From assembly GCA_947581925.1 (NCBI GenBank), contig CANPWB010000003.1, positions 10,723 to 74,722 of the forward strand: 64,000 nucleotides of DNA. The letters run 5' to 3'. The position numbers were made by a program, and so were the translations under genes. Shown here one piece after another: positions 52,861 through 63,000 of the stretch; positions within the stretch are counted from its first letter, which is position 1; each line of letters opens with the position of its first letter. This stretch comes from an uncultured Clostridia bacterium. Its GTDB lineage: Bacteria; Bacillota; Clostridia; Christensenellales; CAG-917. Below the pieces are notes generated by a model. It did no database searches, was not told where the DNA came from, and saw only the letters and a list, made by a program, of their open reading frames with translations.

Positions 52861-53594
52861 ATTTCCAAAAATTGCTTGAGTATCAAAGTTACGACATGAA
52901 GTGCGACTCCCTCATGAGGGAACTCAAAAACAGCGAGGAAAATGAAAAGATCGTCGCGATAAACAAACAGCTTAACGAGGCTGTGGCAAAGATCTACAAG
53001 CTTAACGATGTCGCGGGAGCGCTCCTCAACGAGTTCAACTCCATCAAGCAGAGGCTTGACGAGAGCAGCAGGGAGCTTGACGATCTTGCGGACATATTCG
53101 AGGAGAACAAGGACCTCGACGAGGTGGACGCCACCGAAATGGAGCACTATCTCAAACAGGCGAAAAAGCTCAAGGACAAGATAGACTCTTTGGAATCGGG
53201 GCTCAAGACGGTGAGGACGAAAGCCGCCGCCGCGCTCAAGGAGTACGACGAAGTACGCGCGCGCGGGGCGAAGCTCAGCGACATGAAGGCGGGCGCCGAG
53301 GACAAATTCAAGGCGCGCAGAATGACCTATCAGTCGCAATTCGAGGAGCTCAAGTCCAAGATGGACGCCATAAGAAAGCTTATTCCCGAGGAGATGGCGC
53401 TGTACGACAAGACAAAGGCGGCCCTCAACAGGGCGCCCTATGTCCTCGAATACGACCCCAAGACAAAAAAATGCCCGTACGCGCTGTGCCAAATGGACAT
53501 CTACGCAGATACGCAGGCAAAACTCAAACAGCCCGGCGACCATGCCGAATGTCCCAATTGCGGCAGACTGCTGTTCATACCCAAACAGGATTAA
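52857..53594 (+). CDS. Coiled-coil protein with C-terminal C4 zinc ribbon (DUF164-like)
   Basis: Long heptad helix followed by CPYALC..ECPNCGRLL. Confidence 0.8.
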   Translation: MNFQKLLEYQSYDMKCDSLMRELKNSEENEKIVAINKQLNEAVAKIYKLNDVAGALLNEFNSIKQRLDESSRELDDLADIFEENKDLDEVDATEMEHYLKQAKKLKDKIDSLESGLKTVRTKAAAALKEYDEVRARGAKLSDMKAGAEDKFKARRMTYQSQFEELKSKMDAIRKLIPEEMALYDKTKAALNRAPYVLEYDPKTKKCPYALCQMDIYADTQAKLKQPGDHAECPNCGRLLFIPKQD

Positions 53595-53630
53595 GGCTCA
53601 CGCCGAAGTATAAATTTAAAGGAGAGAATT

Positions 53631-56600
53631 ATGGAAAAGTATTTCAATAAAGCCGAGGTGTATCAGCTGAACGTTCAGCAAAAGCACGGCGCGGGCTTTC
53701 CTCTCGACGAGAGCGGGATAAAGCGCGTCTGCCTGCTCAACGGCGAGTGGGACTTCAAGTATTTCGTGTCCGCGGACATGCTCGACCTCTCGCCCGAGGC
53801 TATGGACAAGATATCCGTGCCGTCCGAGTGGCAAATAAAGGGCTATGACAAGCCTATCTACACAAACATAAACTATCCGAAGCCCATAGACGCCAAGCAT
53901 ACGGGAAAACCGCATATCGACGAGGCGACAAACACCTGCGGGCTGTATCGCCGCACCTTCACTCTTGACAATATAGAGGGCAGCGTCCATATAAACTTCG
54001 CCGCGAACAGCTGCGCGCAACTGTACATCAACGGCAACTTCGTCGGCTACAGCGAGGATACCTTCGATTATCAAGAGTACGACATCACGCCGTATGTGCG
54101 CGTCGGCGAGAACGAGGTCAAAATAGTGGTTTTCCGTTATTGCATAGGCAGCTATCTCGAGGACCAGGATATGTGGAGGCTTTCGGGGCTCTTCCGCGAT
54201 GTCACGCTCATATTCGAGCCTGCAGTGAGGATATCGGACGTCTTTGCGCGCAGCGAGTTTTCGGACGGCTATAAAAAGGCGGAACTTATCGTTGGCGCGG
54301 ATATTTCAAACGTAGCGGACAAGACGGCAGAGGACGTCCTGCTCGCTATTGAGCTTTTGGACGCCGACGGCAAGGTCAAGGTACATGCCGAGTTCAACGT
54401 CGTAGGGCTGGACAAGGGAGAGAGCAAGCACGTCGCCGCAAAAGAGAGCGTGGACGCGCCCGAGCTTTGGAACAGCGAACATCCCTATCTTTATCGTCTG
54501 CGCCTTACGCTGTACACCGTCAAGGGCGGGAAGAAGAAATTCGCGGATATGCGCGAGCTCAACTTCGGTTTCCGCGAGGTCAAGATAGTGCCAATGGTTG
54601 ACGGAAAGGAGCCCTATATAATGCTCAACGGGCAAAAGCTCAAGATAAGAGGCGTCAACCGTCACGAATTTCATCCCGATTTCGGACACGCCGTCCCCGC
54701 GGAGTACACCGAGCGCGACATCATACTGCTCAAGCGCAACAACGTGAACTCCATACGCACGAGCCACTATCCCAACAGCCGCGCGTTTTATGACCTCTGC
54801 GACAAGTACGGAATCATGGTCATGAGCGAGAACAACCTCGAGACGCACGGCATCGCGACGAGCGTACCCAAAAACAGCAAATTCTGGGCAGAGCGCATTT
54901 GCTGGCGCATGCAGAATATGGTGCGCACCTATCGCAATCACCCCTGCATACTCTTCTGGTCCCTCGGCAACGAGAGCGGCTACGGCAAGGCTTTCGTACA
55001 GGCGAAGAAGGCGGCGCTCGAGCTCGACGCCACCCGCCCCATACACTACGAGCCCGACTTCCACATCCGCACATCGGATATGGTCAGCGAGATGTACACA
55101 AAAGAGGAGCAAATGGAGGAGATCGCAAACAACAGGTTCCACCTCCACTCCATGGCGCTTTGGGCGCCGCTGGGGCACATTCTCACTCCGCACGACTACA
55201 AGGATAAACCCTTCATACAGTGCGAATACGCCCACTGCATGGGCAACAGCCTCGGCAACTTCGAGGACTATTGGAAACACTACCGCGCGCACGACAGGCT
55301 GTGCGGCGGCTATATTTGGGACTTTGCGGATCAAGGCATAAAGAGGGTACACCCGGACGGCACGGTCGAGTACACCTACGGCGGCGACTGGGGCGATATG
55401 CCAAACGACGGCACCTTCGCCTTCAACGGCATAGTGCGCGCAGACCGCACCCCAAACCCCGCATTCTACGAAGTCAAAAAAGTGCAGCAGCAGGTGAATT
55501 TCTCGCTCGACGGCAGCAAACTCAAACTCATCAACGAATATATGTTCACATCTCTCGACGCCTTCGGGCTCACTTTGGAGCTTGTGCATAACGGCGCTCC
55601 TGTAAAGACCTACACTTTGCAAATGCCCGCGATAAAGCCGCTCTCGAGCGGAGAGCTGGCGCTCCCGTACGACCTTGTCGGAGAGGCGGAAAAGCTGGAC
55701 GGCGAAGTCTATATCAACTGCTATGCGACCGTGCTGCATGCTGACGACGTATTCAAGGAAGGGGATATAGTCGCAGAGGAGCAGCTTGTGCTCAAGGATT
55801 ACACGCCCAAGACGTTCGCCGTCGCGGACGGGAAGACGGTGTTCCAAGAGGACGGCAAAGTCCTGCTCGAGCACGGCAATATCAAGGCTACCGTGGACCG
55901 CAACAGCGGCTTTGTCACCTCGCTTGTCATAGACGGCAAGGAAAAACTGTCCGCGCCCATACGTCCCAACTTCTGGCGCGCGCCCATAGACAACGACAAG
56001 ACTCCGCAGGTCCCGCCCATCGCAAGACGTATTTTGGGCAAGGTGTATTTCAAGACTTGCTCCGAGAGGCTTGTCAAATCCAAGATGACCTGCACTGATA
56101 AGGCGGTAGATATAGACTGGTCGTGCATGCCAAAGCTCGCATCCCTCAAGACGGTATACGAGATAGGCGAGGACGGCTTGCACATCAAGATGCGCGTCAA
56201 AAACAACATGTTCAGCCTGCCGCGCTACGGGTTCAGAATGCAGCTCAGCACCTCGGACGACGTCAAATTCTACGGCAGAGGTCCGCATGAAAACTATTGC
56301 GACCGCAAAGCCGCCGCAAAACTCGGCATATATGAGGGCAGCGTCGCCGATTTCGAGCATAACTACCTCGTCCCGCAGGAGAACGGCAACCACTGCGATA
56401 CGCGCTACGTCACAGTCGGCGGGGCAGAGGGCGTCACGTTTGCCGCAGTCGAAAAACCAATAGAATTCAGCGTCCACGACTATACGCAGGAAGAGCTCGA
56501 GACGGCTACGCACGCGCACGAGCTCGCGCACGGCGGCACTATCGAGGTCTGCATAGACGGCGCGCAACGCGGAGTCGGCGGCGACGTTCCCGCTCTCGCC

Positions 56601-56666
56601 TGCACCAAGAAGAGATATAAGATATTGCCCAACCGCACCCACGAACTCAGTTTTACAATAAAGTGA
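53631..56666 (+). CDS. lacZ: GH2 beta-galactosidase
   Basis: EDQDMWRLSG, GVNRHE, RTSHYP, WSLGNES, CEYAHCMGNS, WDFADQ. Confidence 0.93.
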   Translation: MEKYFNKAEVYQLNVQQKHGAGFPLDESGIKRVCLLNGEWDFKYFVSADMLDLSPEAMDKISVPSEWQIKGYDKPIYTNINYPKPIDAKHTGKPHIDEATNTCGLYRRTFTLDNIEGSVHINFAANSCAQLYINGNFVGYSEDTFDYQEYDITPYVRVGENEVKIVVFRYCIGSYLEDQDMWRLSGLFRDVTLIFEPAVRISDVFARSEFSDGYKKAELIVGADISNVADKTAEDVLLAIELLDADGKVKVHAEFNVVGLDKGESKHVAAKESVDAPELWNSEHPYLYRLRLTLYTVKGGKKKFADMRELNFGFREVKIVPMVDGKEPYIMLNGQKLKIRGVNRHEFHPDFGHAVPAEYTERDIILLKRNNVNSIRTSHYPNSRAFYDLCDKYGIMVMSENNLETHGIATSVPKNSKFWAERICWRMQNMVRTYRNHPCILFWSLGNESGYGKAFVQAKKAALELDATRPIHYEPDFHIRTSDMVSEMYTKEEQMEEIANNRFHLHSMALWAPLGHILTPHDYKDKPFIQCEYAHCMGNSLGNFEDYWKHYRAHDRLCGGYIWDFADQGIKRVHPDGTVEYTYGGDWGDMPNDGTFAFNGIVRADRTPNPAFYEVKKVQQQVNFSLDGSKLKLINEYMFTSLDAFGLTLELVHNGAPVKTYTLQMPAIKPLSSGELALPYDLVGEAEKLDGEVYINCYATVLHADDVFKEGDIVAEEQLVLKDYTPKTFAVADGKTVFQEDGKVLLEHGNIKATVDRNSGFVTSLVIDGKEKLSAPIRPNFWRAPIDNDKTPQVPPIARRILGKVYFKTCSERLVKSKMTCTDKAVDIDWSCMPKLASLKTVYEIGEDGLHIKMRVKNNMFSLPRYGFRMQLSTSDDVKFYGRGPHENYCDRKAAAKLGIYEGSVADFEHNYLVPQENGNHCDTRYVTVGGAEGVTFAAVEKPIEFSVHDYTQEELETATHAHELAHGGTIEVCIDGAQRGVGGDVPALACTKKRYKILPNRTHELSFTIK

Positions 56667-56739
56667 GCTCGAAAAAAAGAGCGGATAAAATCGCTAAAAC
56701 ATCACACAGGTCACAATTTTATTTGAAAATCAAACAAAG

Positions 56740-56778
56740 AAAATGCTCGACTTATCTATGATAGGTCGGGCATTTTTG
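56740..56778. terminator. Terminator between convergent genes
   Basis: AAAATGCTCGACTTATC-tat-GATAGGTCGGGCATTTTT. Confidence 0.75.
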
Positions 56779-56915
56779 TATACTTATGTTCATTTGAAAA
56801 ACTAAGATATTTGAAAAATCACAATTTTACTTTTAATAAACCTTATCCGAATTGCGTCGCTTTGATAGTGCGTTTAAATTATGATTTAAAGCGGAGCACA
56901 AGGCGTCCGAGCATA

Positions 56916-57410
56916 TCAAAGCCACTCGAGGATGACGCGCCACTCGTCGCAAAGTTTTTGGAGGGAGAAGGCGGCGTTGGCGGGAGAGGTGGAGGGAAGT
57001 TTTTGAGTGATGGGCGCGAGCTCGGGGTGGTATTTGACGGCGTTCAGGTAGGACGCGGCGCCGTTGCAAAAAATATGCCGTATTTGTGTGCCGCGCATTA
57101 GAGCGGGAATATCCGCTGGTATTATGCCCGAGATCGCGCTGTCGCTGCTGCCCTCGATATCGCACTCCTCCACGCTGTCATACAGGGCTATCCTCCGCCT
57201 GTTCAAAATTTCGATACGGGCGGGGACGGGGAGAGAATATAGCTCCTCGCCGAGCAACTCCCCAAGCACTTTCCAAAAGCGATTTTGCGGGTGCATATAA
57301 TAAAACCCGTGCTCCACGGATTTCAAAGAGGGCACGCTCCCCAAAATGAGGATGCGCGCCTCCTTTGTAATTACGGGACCAAACGGGTGTTTAATGTGTC
57401 GTTTTTGCAT
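56916..57410 (-). CDS. DNA-deoxyinosine glycosylase (UDG superfamily, family 6-like)
   Basis: LILGSVPS..YYMHPQNRFW..GSSDSAI..FCNG..LPSTSPANA. Confidence 0.88.
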   Translation of the reverse strand: MQKRHIKHPFGPVITKEARILILGSVPSLKSVEHGFYYMHPQNRFWKVLGELLGEELYSLPVPARIEILNRRRIALYDSVEECDIEGSSDSAISGIIPADIPALMRGTQIRHIFCNGAASYLNAVKYHPELAPITQKLPSTSPANAAFSLQKLCDEWRVILEWL

Positions 57411-57428
57411 GTTAAAGTGCGCTTTTGG

Positions 57429-59054
57429 TCATTTGATTATATACACCTTTGTCTGATGCTTTTTGAGTTCAGTTTGGACGACGCCGTCCGTCGTGAGCTC
57501 TTCGCCGCTCCATTGTTCCGCGAGGCGATAGCTCTTTTGTTTCTTGAGGGCTACATATTTGTCGTCGAGCAGGGAAGTAAGATCGAATTTCGCTTTCTTG
57601 TTGCCGTTTGATTTATTGAAAAACGCAAGCGCTACGCTGCCGTCTGCGAGCGGTTTGGCAAGTACGTCCACTTTGCCTTTCTTTACGCGCTTTGCCTGCT
57701 TGCACAGCGGGTCTTGATTTATGGCGATGAGGTTCTTGTTTGTGACGATCTCCTTGACTTGCTCGCTCATAGTGCGCAGGTCGTTGCCAAGAATGAGAGG
57801 TGAGTCCATCATGCACCACAGCGAGAAGTGGGACACGTTTTGGTCGTAGGTGAGGTCTCCGTTGCCGACTTCGAGCATATCGGGGTCGTTGTAGTGCCCG
57901 ACGCTCGAATATTTGTACAGCTTGACGTTGTGCTCGTATATCATCTTGATCCAGAACCACCACGGGCGGATGTCGGGGGTAGTGCGCCACAGGTTGCCCG
58001 CCTTCGCGCCCCAATTGTACGGCTTGCCCCAGCCCCACTCGCATATGGAGAACACGATTGGCTTGACGGGCGCGCCTTTTTCTTCCGCGGCGATCTTCGC
58101 TCCTTCCTTGAGGGCGAGGCCCATACGACGATACTGATACATCTCACTGTCCGACTTAGAGGCGATGGGGTTAAATATCTCGATCTTGTTTTTGCCCGCC
58201 TTGAGGGTGACGATAGTCTGGAAACGCGCCGTGACGTTGTATTTCTTTTGAGACGGGAATTCTATCTCGTACTCCTTGTCGTCGTTGACCTTGACGACGG
58301 CGTATTTCTCGTATTGCCCGTGCTTTTTGATGTTGAGGGTGACAACGTACTCGCCGTCCTCGGGGACTTCTATGTTTTCATAGGTTATTCTGCCGAGGTT
58401 CTTGTCCAGCCCGCCCACATAGCAGCCCGTAGGCAGTTTTTTGTCCGTCATATATCGCGCGAGCCCGCTTAGGCGCGCGTTCTGTACGGAGTACTCAGTC
58501 GCCTTACCGTCGAAGCGCGACACGCTTATGCTGTACACGAGCGGCGCGTATATTGGCAGGTAGATGTGGTGGCAGAAGTCATATTTGAAATATTCTATGC
58601 CCCATCTCGCAAGCTGCAGCGCGTCCTGTCTCTCGCGCCCGAGGGAGGCGGGCAGATCCTCGCAGGTGAGGGTGCCGTTTGAGGTGTACGCGCCAAGCTT
58701 GAGCCCAAGAGCGTTCACCTTTTGCACAAGCGCCGGGATGCCGCTCGGGAAGGTCTCGTAGTCGCCCACAAGATTGCCCGCTATATCGCGCTTGTTCGAC
58801 TGCCAGTTGTCGTCCATATTGACGTATGTATATCCCGCCTTATCCAGCCCCTGCGCCTTCAAAGCCTCCGCCATCTCGAGCACCATATTCTCGTTGATGT
58901 GGTTGTGGAAGGTGTTCCAGCTCGACCAGCCCATAGGCGGAGTCTTTGCCACGCCGTTTTCGTGGTCCTCGAACTCGGGCTTGACGCTCGTGGACTTGCT
59001 CTTGATGAACAGTTGTTTCAAATAGCACATAGGGCACATGCCGTTTCGTTTCAT
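57429..59054 (-). CDS. GH27 alpha-galactosidase with inserted CBM-like domain
   Basis: TPPMGWSSWN, NMDDNWQ, YFKYDFC, FSICEWG, WRTTPDI, NDPDMLEVGN. Confidence 0.92.
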   Translation of the reverse strand: MKRNGMCPMCYLKQLFIKSKSTSVKPEFEDHENGVAKTPPMGWSSWNTFHNHINENMVLEMAEALKAQGLDKAGYTYVNMDDNWQSNKRDIAGNLVGDYETFPSGIPALVQKVNALGLKLGAYTSNGTLTCEDLPASLGRERQDALQLARWGIEYFKYDFCHHIYLPIYAPLVYSISVSRFDGKATEYSVQNARLSGLARYMTDKKLPTGCYVGGLDKNLGRITYENIEVPEDGEYVVTLNIKKHGQYEKYAVVKVNDDKEYEIEFPSQKKYNVTARFQTIVTLKAGKNKIEIFNPIASKSDSEMYQYRRMGLALKEGAKIAAEEKGAPVKPIVFSICEWGWGKPYNWGAKAGNLWRTTPDIRPWWFWIKMIYEHNVKLYKYSSVGHYNDPDMLEVGNGDLTYDQNVSHFSLWCMMDSPLILGNDLRTMSEQVKEIVTNKNLIAINQDPLCKQAKRVKKGKVDVLAKPLADGSVALAFFNKSNGNKKAKFDLTSLLDDKYVALKKQKSYRLAEQWSGEELTTDGVVQTELKKHQTKVYIIK

Positions 59055-59217
59055 AATCGACCTCGCATAGGTTTAATACTTTTTAATTATACCAACTTAA
59101 AAAATTTCCGTCAATACGCAAATGCGCTTATTACCCATGAAATGCCGCCGAAAATCACCGCCGCGTCATAAAATTTCCGCGAAATCGGCGAAAAAGCAAA
59201 GATATTTTTCAACTTGC

Positions 59218-59246
59218 TTGTCAAACGCCGATCAAAGATGTATAAT
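59218..59246 (+). promoter_or_regulatory. tRNA promoter
   Basis: TTGTCA-17-TATAAT. Confidence 0.8.
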
Positions 59247-59257
59247 CACATAGCAAT

Positions 59258-59334
59258 GTTTCTGTAGCTCAGTAGGATAGAGCGTCCGCCTCCTAAGCGG
59301 AAGGTCGTGGGTTCGAATCCCGCCAGGAACGCCA
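59258..59334 (+). tRNA. tRNA-Arg(CCT)
   Basis: Acceptor stem GTTTCTG/CAGGAAC, anticodon arm TCCGC-CT-CCT-AA-GCGGA, GTTCGAATC T-loop, encoded CCA. Confidence 0.97.
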
Positions 59335-59363
59335 AAGTCTAGCCAAAGAGGCTAGACTTTTTC
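59335..59363 (+). terminator. Intrinsic terminator after tRNA
   Basis: AAGTCTAGCC-aaaga-GGCTAGACTT followed by TTT. Confidence 0.85.
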
Positions 59364-59498
59364 GTTCCTTAATGGCGAGATTCAAACCTGCGCAATTTTA
59401 GGTGTAAAATTGCGCGCACCGTTTCACGGTGCCACGACCTCGGTCGTGCTGCACATTCCGCTCCCGAGAGTAAGCTCTCTCGCTCCGCTGTTTGGCGT

Positions 59499-61295
59499 TC
59501 ATTTTGTATCGCCTTCTTTGTCGGCGGCGGCAAGCGTCCCCTCTACATCACGGTTTTTATCGTCGTCATTTTGGGCGTGTATATCCTCGCTTGGCGCGGA
59601 GCCATACGCCTCGGCGGGAGCGCCGTCCTCACTTTGCGGCGAGGACAGCATTTTTTGCACTTTGGCGCTTGACGTGGGGCGGAAAACCGTGGTTATCGAC
59701 ACGGCTTTGAACGCTCTGTTAAACTCCTTGCGCGACTTGGACAGCTTGAATGCGAGCAAAATTATGCCGAGCAATAAAAACGCAAAAACTATGCCCATGA
59801 CGGAGCCGAAAAAGTCTATGAATACGTCCGACCAAGTGGCGTATCTTCCCGTTGTGACAGTGGGGAGCTGTAGCGCCTCGGACACTACTGCCAGCCCGAA
59901 GCCCGACGCTATGGAGAGGGGGACGGCAAGCACGCGCGGCTTTATCATAAACACAAATGTATACACAAGCCCGAATCCTATCAGCGCAAACAGCAGAAAG
60001 TGCCCTACGAGTTTGCGCATGGACGAGGCGAAATTTTCATACATTACGACTTTGATATTGTAGTCTACGAATACGTTTTCGTCGTTGTTGTAAGTGGCGC
60101 GTACCGTGATGTTTTTGCCAAACTTGAGATCGCTCAGTTTGCCTGTTTTGGGGTCTATCGTGCCCGTACCCTTGACGACGCTCCAGGTGACGTCTTTCAC
60201 GGTATTGCCGCTGGAGGGGTTGTAAGCCTTGAGCGTATAGGTCTTGTCATATTGCGCTCTCGCGTTTTTGGGTCCCGTGACGGACAACTTTGTCGGCGGC
60301 GGATCGAAAACGTTGATAGTCGCATATTCCACGAGAGAAGGGTTGTATTTTGTGTAGATCTTGACCTGTATGGATCCCACTTTCTGCGCTGATATCGTGT
60401 TGTTTGTAAGCACTTTGACGACGCCGCCGGGATTAGTGACGAGAGAATAGGAGAAATTTGCCTTGCTTGCGCCTTGGGGCAAGACTTTCTCCAAGAGGGA
60501 GAGAAGGGGCAGCTCCTCGCCCAACTTAAGGTCGTAAACACCGTCGTTCACAAGCACAACGTCCGTTGGTTGGACATAGTTTGGGTTTTTGGAGATATTG
60601 ACGGTAACGGGGTCGAGTGTTTTTGCCGTGTAATCCTTTTTTCCGAGACCGGCCGGAATGGAGAGCGTCACGGTCGTTTTCCCCTCTTTAAAAGGCAAAA
60701 TGTTCATCGGCGTAAAATAGAGCATGTCTTCGTCATAGGAGGCCGGTTTGAACATCGTAAGCAACAGCTTGTTGCCGTCTTGATCTTTAAGATAAAAATT
60801 TTGAGTCTTTCCCGCAAGAAAATTTTGCTCCCAAGGAGAAATGGACGTGATCTTGTCGGGATGCGTGCCGTAGCATGTCATCGAGGCGGTATGCTTGACG
60901 CTTGAGTCACTCTTCTTAGTGACGGTCACTTTTACGATCCCCGCCTTCTTGAAGGTCAACCGATTTCCTTCGGTCACTTCGGCAATAGTCGGATCCGCGG
61001 AAGTGTAAACGACTTCTTTGTCCGTCGTTTCCGCAGGGAAGTACTTTGTGGCGAGCGTGTATGTCTCGCCTACAAAGCCCTTGACTTCGCTAAGCTGAAC
61101 GCGCGCGCTCTCTACTTTTTCTTCCTCTACGTTAAATACGTCCTTGATGTCCTCGGCAACTTGATTTGATTGTTGCGCGCTCTTTTCCCCGGGCGTCGCG
61201 GAATATATCATCATCACGGCGATGACGGCGAGAGTGCACACAAGCGCCGCGATCGCGACCACACGCAAAAAGTTGAAAAGTTTTTTTGTTTTCAT
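59499..61295 (-). CDS. VanZ-family membrane protein with inserted Ig-like (Big_2-type) domains
   Basis: N-terminal TM + YSATPGEKSAQQS; TTDKEVVYTSADPTIAEV Ig-like segment; C-terminal RKLVGHFLLF..SEALQ..GRYATWSDVFIDFFG VanZ motif. Confidence 0.8.
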   Translation of the reverse strand: MKTKKLFNFLRVVAIAALVCTLAVIAVMMIYSATPGEKSAQQSNQVAEDIKDVFNVEEEKVESARVQLSEVKGFVGETYTLATKYFPAETTDKEVVYTSADPTIAEVTEGNRLTFKKAGIVKVTVTKKSDSSVKHTASMTCYGTHPDKITSISPWEQNFLAGKTQNFYLKDQDGNKLLLTMFKPASYDEDMLYFTPMNILPFKEGKTTVTLSIPAGLGKKDYTAKTLDPVTVNISKNPNYVQPTDVVLVNDGVYDLKLGEELPLLSLLEKVLPQGASKANFSYSLVTNPGGVVKVLTNNTISAQKVGSIQVKIYTKYNPSLVEYATINVFDPPPTKLSVTGPKNARAQYDKTYTLKAYNPSSGNTVKDVTWSVVKGTGTIDPKTGKLSDLKFGKNITVRATYNNDENVFVDYNIKVVMYENFASSMRKLVGHFLLFALIGFGLVYTFVFMIKPRVLAVPLSIASGFGLAVVSEALQLPTVTTGRYATWSDVFIDFFGSVMGIVFAFLLLGIILLAFKLSKSRKEFNRAFKAVSITTVFRPTSSAKVQKMLSSPQSEDGAPAEAYGSAPSEDIHAQNDDDKNRDVEGTLAAADKEGDTK

Positions 61296-61680
61296 ATTGT
61301 CCCCCTATATATGCCTTGAATAACTTCGTTATCGATTTTTCGCCTTCGCATTATGCAAGCTCCCGCTTGCCGTTTGGAGTTTTATCATATCGCGGCGGCG
61401 CGATCCGTGCATTGAACAAGTCTTTTGCCGCCGCAGGGCGGGGCAAGCGCTTTCCCGCAGGACGGCGTTGCCTGTGCGCTCAAATCTAAAGAAAAATTTA
61501 TTTTTGAGCCGAATTCTAAAGATTTCTTTAGATTTCCCCTATATAATAATATAATGCGTTGATAAATGCAACAGATAACAAGCTAAAATAAAAATTTGTA
61601 CAAACATTTATGCGAAAATATTGACGAAATTTGTCATCACGTTTGACCTGAGCGAAGCATATTTTGTATGCGAGGCAAAT

Positions 61681-62421
61681 ATGAGGGTGATTCTTGTGGG
61701 CGCGGCGGGGAGAATGGGCTTGCAGATGACGAAAACGCTCGAGGAAAACGGCGAGACGCTGGTGGCAGCGGTGGATATAATTGAGGCAAAGGGGAAATGT
61801 CCCTTTCACCGAGACATTTTTGAGGTCGGCGAGGACGCGGACGCGATCTTGGATTTTTCTTCCGCGCGCGGCACGCAAAAGCTTGTGGAGTTTGCGCTAA
61901 GGCGGGGGCTACCTCTCGTCATCGCCACTACGGGACAGAACGAGCGAGAAAAACAGTTCATTTACGAAGCCGCAAAACAAATCCCCATTTTCTTTTGCAG
62001 CAACATGTCTTTCGGCGTTTCGCTGTTCGCCTCGCTCGTGGTAAAAGTCGCGAAGGCGTTTCCGTATGCGGACGTGGAGATTGTAGAGACGCACCACGCT
62101 TTGAAAGCGGACGCGCCCAGCGGCACTGCGCTCATGCTTGCAAACGCCGTAATTTCCGCGCGCGGGTTTGGACGTATCTTGGGCGGAGCGCGCTCTTGCA
62201 GGCAGGTAGGAGACGTAGGCATAAGCTCGCTCAGGCTCGGCGAGAGGGCAGGGACGCACGAGGTCATCTTCGACACGGGGTTTCAACTCATTTCGCTCAA
62301 GCATGAGGCGTTCGGCAGGGAGCTTTTCGCCCGCGGCGCTCTTAATGCCCTCCGCTTTATCCTAGACAAACCCGCAGGACTGTACGGCATGCAGGATATC
62401 CTCTCCTTGCACGGCGAATGA
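61681..62421 (+). CDS. dapB: 4-hydroxy-tetrahydrodipicolinate reductase
   Basis: GAAGRMG, DFS, ATTG, ETHHALKADAPSGTA, FARGAL. Confidence 0.95.
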   Translation: MRVILVGAAGRMGLQMTKTLEENGETLVAAVDIIEAKGKCPFHRDIFEVGEDADAILDFSSARGTQKLVEFALRRGLPLVIATTGQNEREKQFIYEAAKQIPIFFCSNMSFGVSLFASLVVKVAKAFPYADVEIVETHHALKADAPSGTALMLANAVISARGFGRILGGARSCRQVGDVGISSLRLGERAGTHEVIFDTGFQLISLKHEAFGRELFARGALNALRFILDKPAGLYGMQDILSLHGE

Positions 62422-62431
62422 AATGTGCCTA

Positions 62432-62888
62432 TGTGGAGCTCCGCCCCACACCCTGGCAATGGGCTTCGTCGCCCCAAGTGGGGCTCTGCCCCACACGCAC
62501 CTATGTGGGCTACTCGCCCACACTGCGGCAAGTGACTTCGTTGTCCTATGTGGGGCGCTGCCCCACTCCCCGGCAAAGGGCGCTTTACCCTTTGCGATCC
62601 TAAGCTAAAAACGCGCAAACGTCGCAACTTTTCGTTGCTAGTTCGCGCGTTTTTTTGATTTGTCTGCAATGCCCAAAACTCCTGCGAGAGAGCTTTGATA
62701 TTAGCGTCACGCATTGTCCGAGGTTATTTACTAGAAACCCGGGGGATTCCTCGACTTCGCTACGCTACGCTCGGAATGACACTTAATATTACCTGTCTCT
62801 AGCTCGTCGAAAAATCCCCCCCTGTTCAAGCTAATTGTTTTTATTTGTCATTTCGAGCTTGTCGAGAAATCCCCCTGTCCGAGCTTTC
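62432..62888 (+). repeat. Composite repeat, copy 11
   Basis: Several A units, then B, C and E modules directly after the dapB stop. Confidence 0.88.
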
Positions 62889-63000
62889 TTCTACACGACG
62901 TTGCCGACGCGATAATTTTGGGTTTGAAAAATACTTTTTCGCCCAATTTTCGCGAAAAAGTTGCAGACGTCGCGAGTTTTCGCGGCATATAATGCTTTGT

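Noticed and set aside
54306-56642. Long antisense ORFs (also 11851-12996, 28948-30090, 32197-33936 and similar)
   Set aside because: Shadow frames opposite well-supported genes, expected from GC-rich codon bias.
59258-59334. tRNA-Arg as an integration site for a genomic island
   Set aside because: No integrase and no direct repeat of the tRNA 3' end seen in the window.
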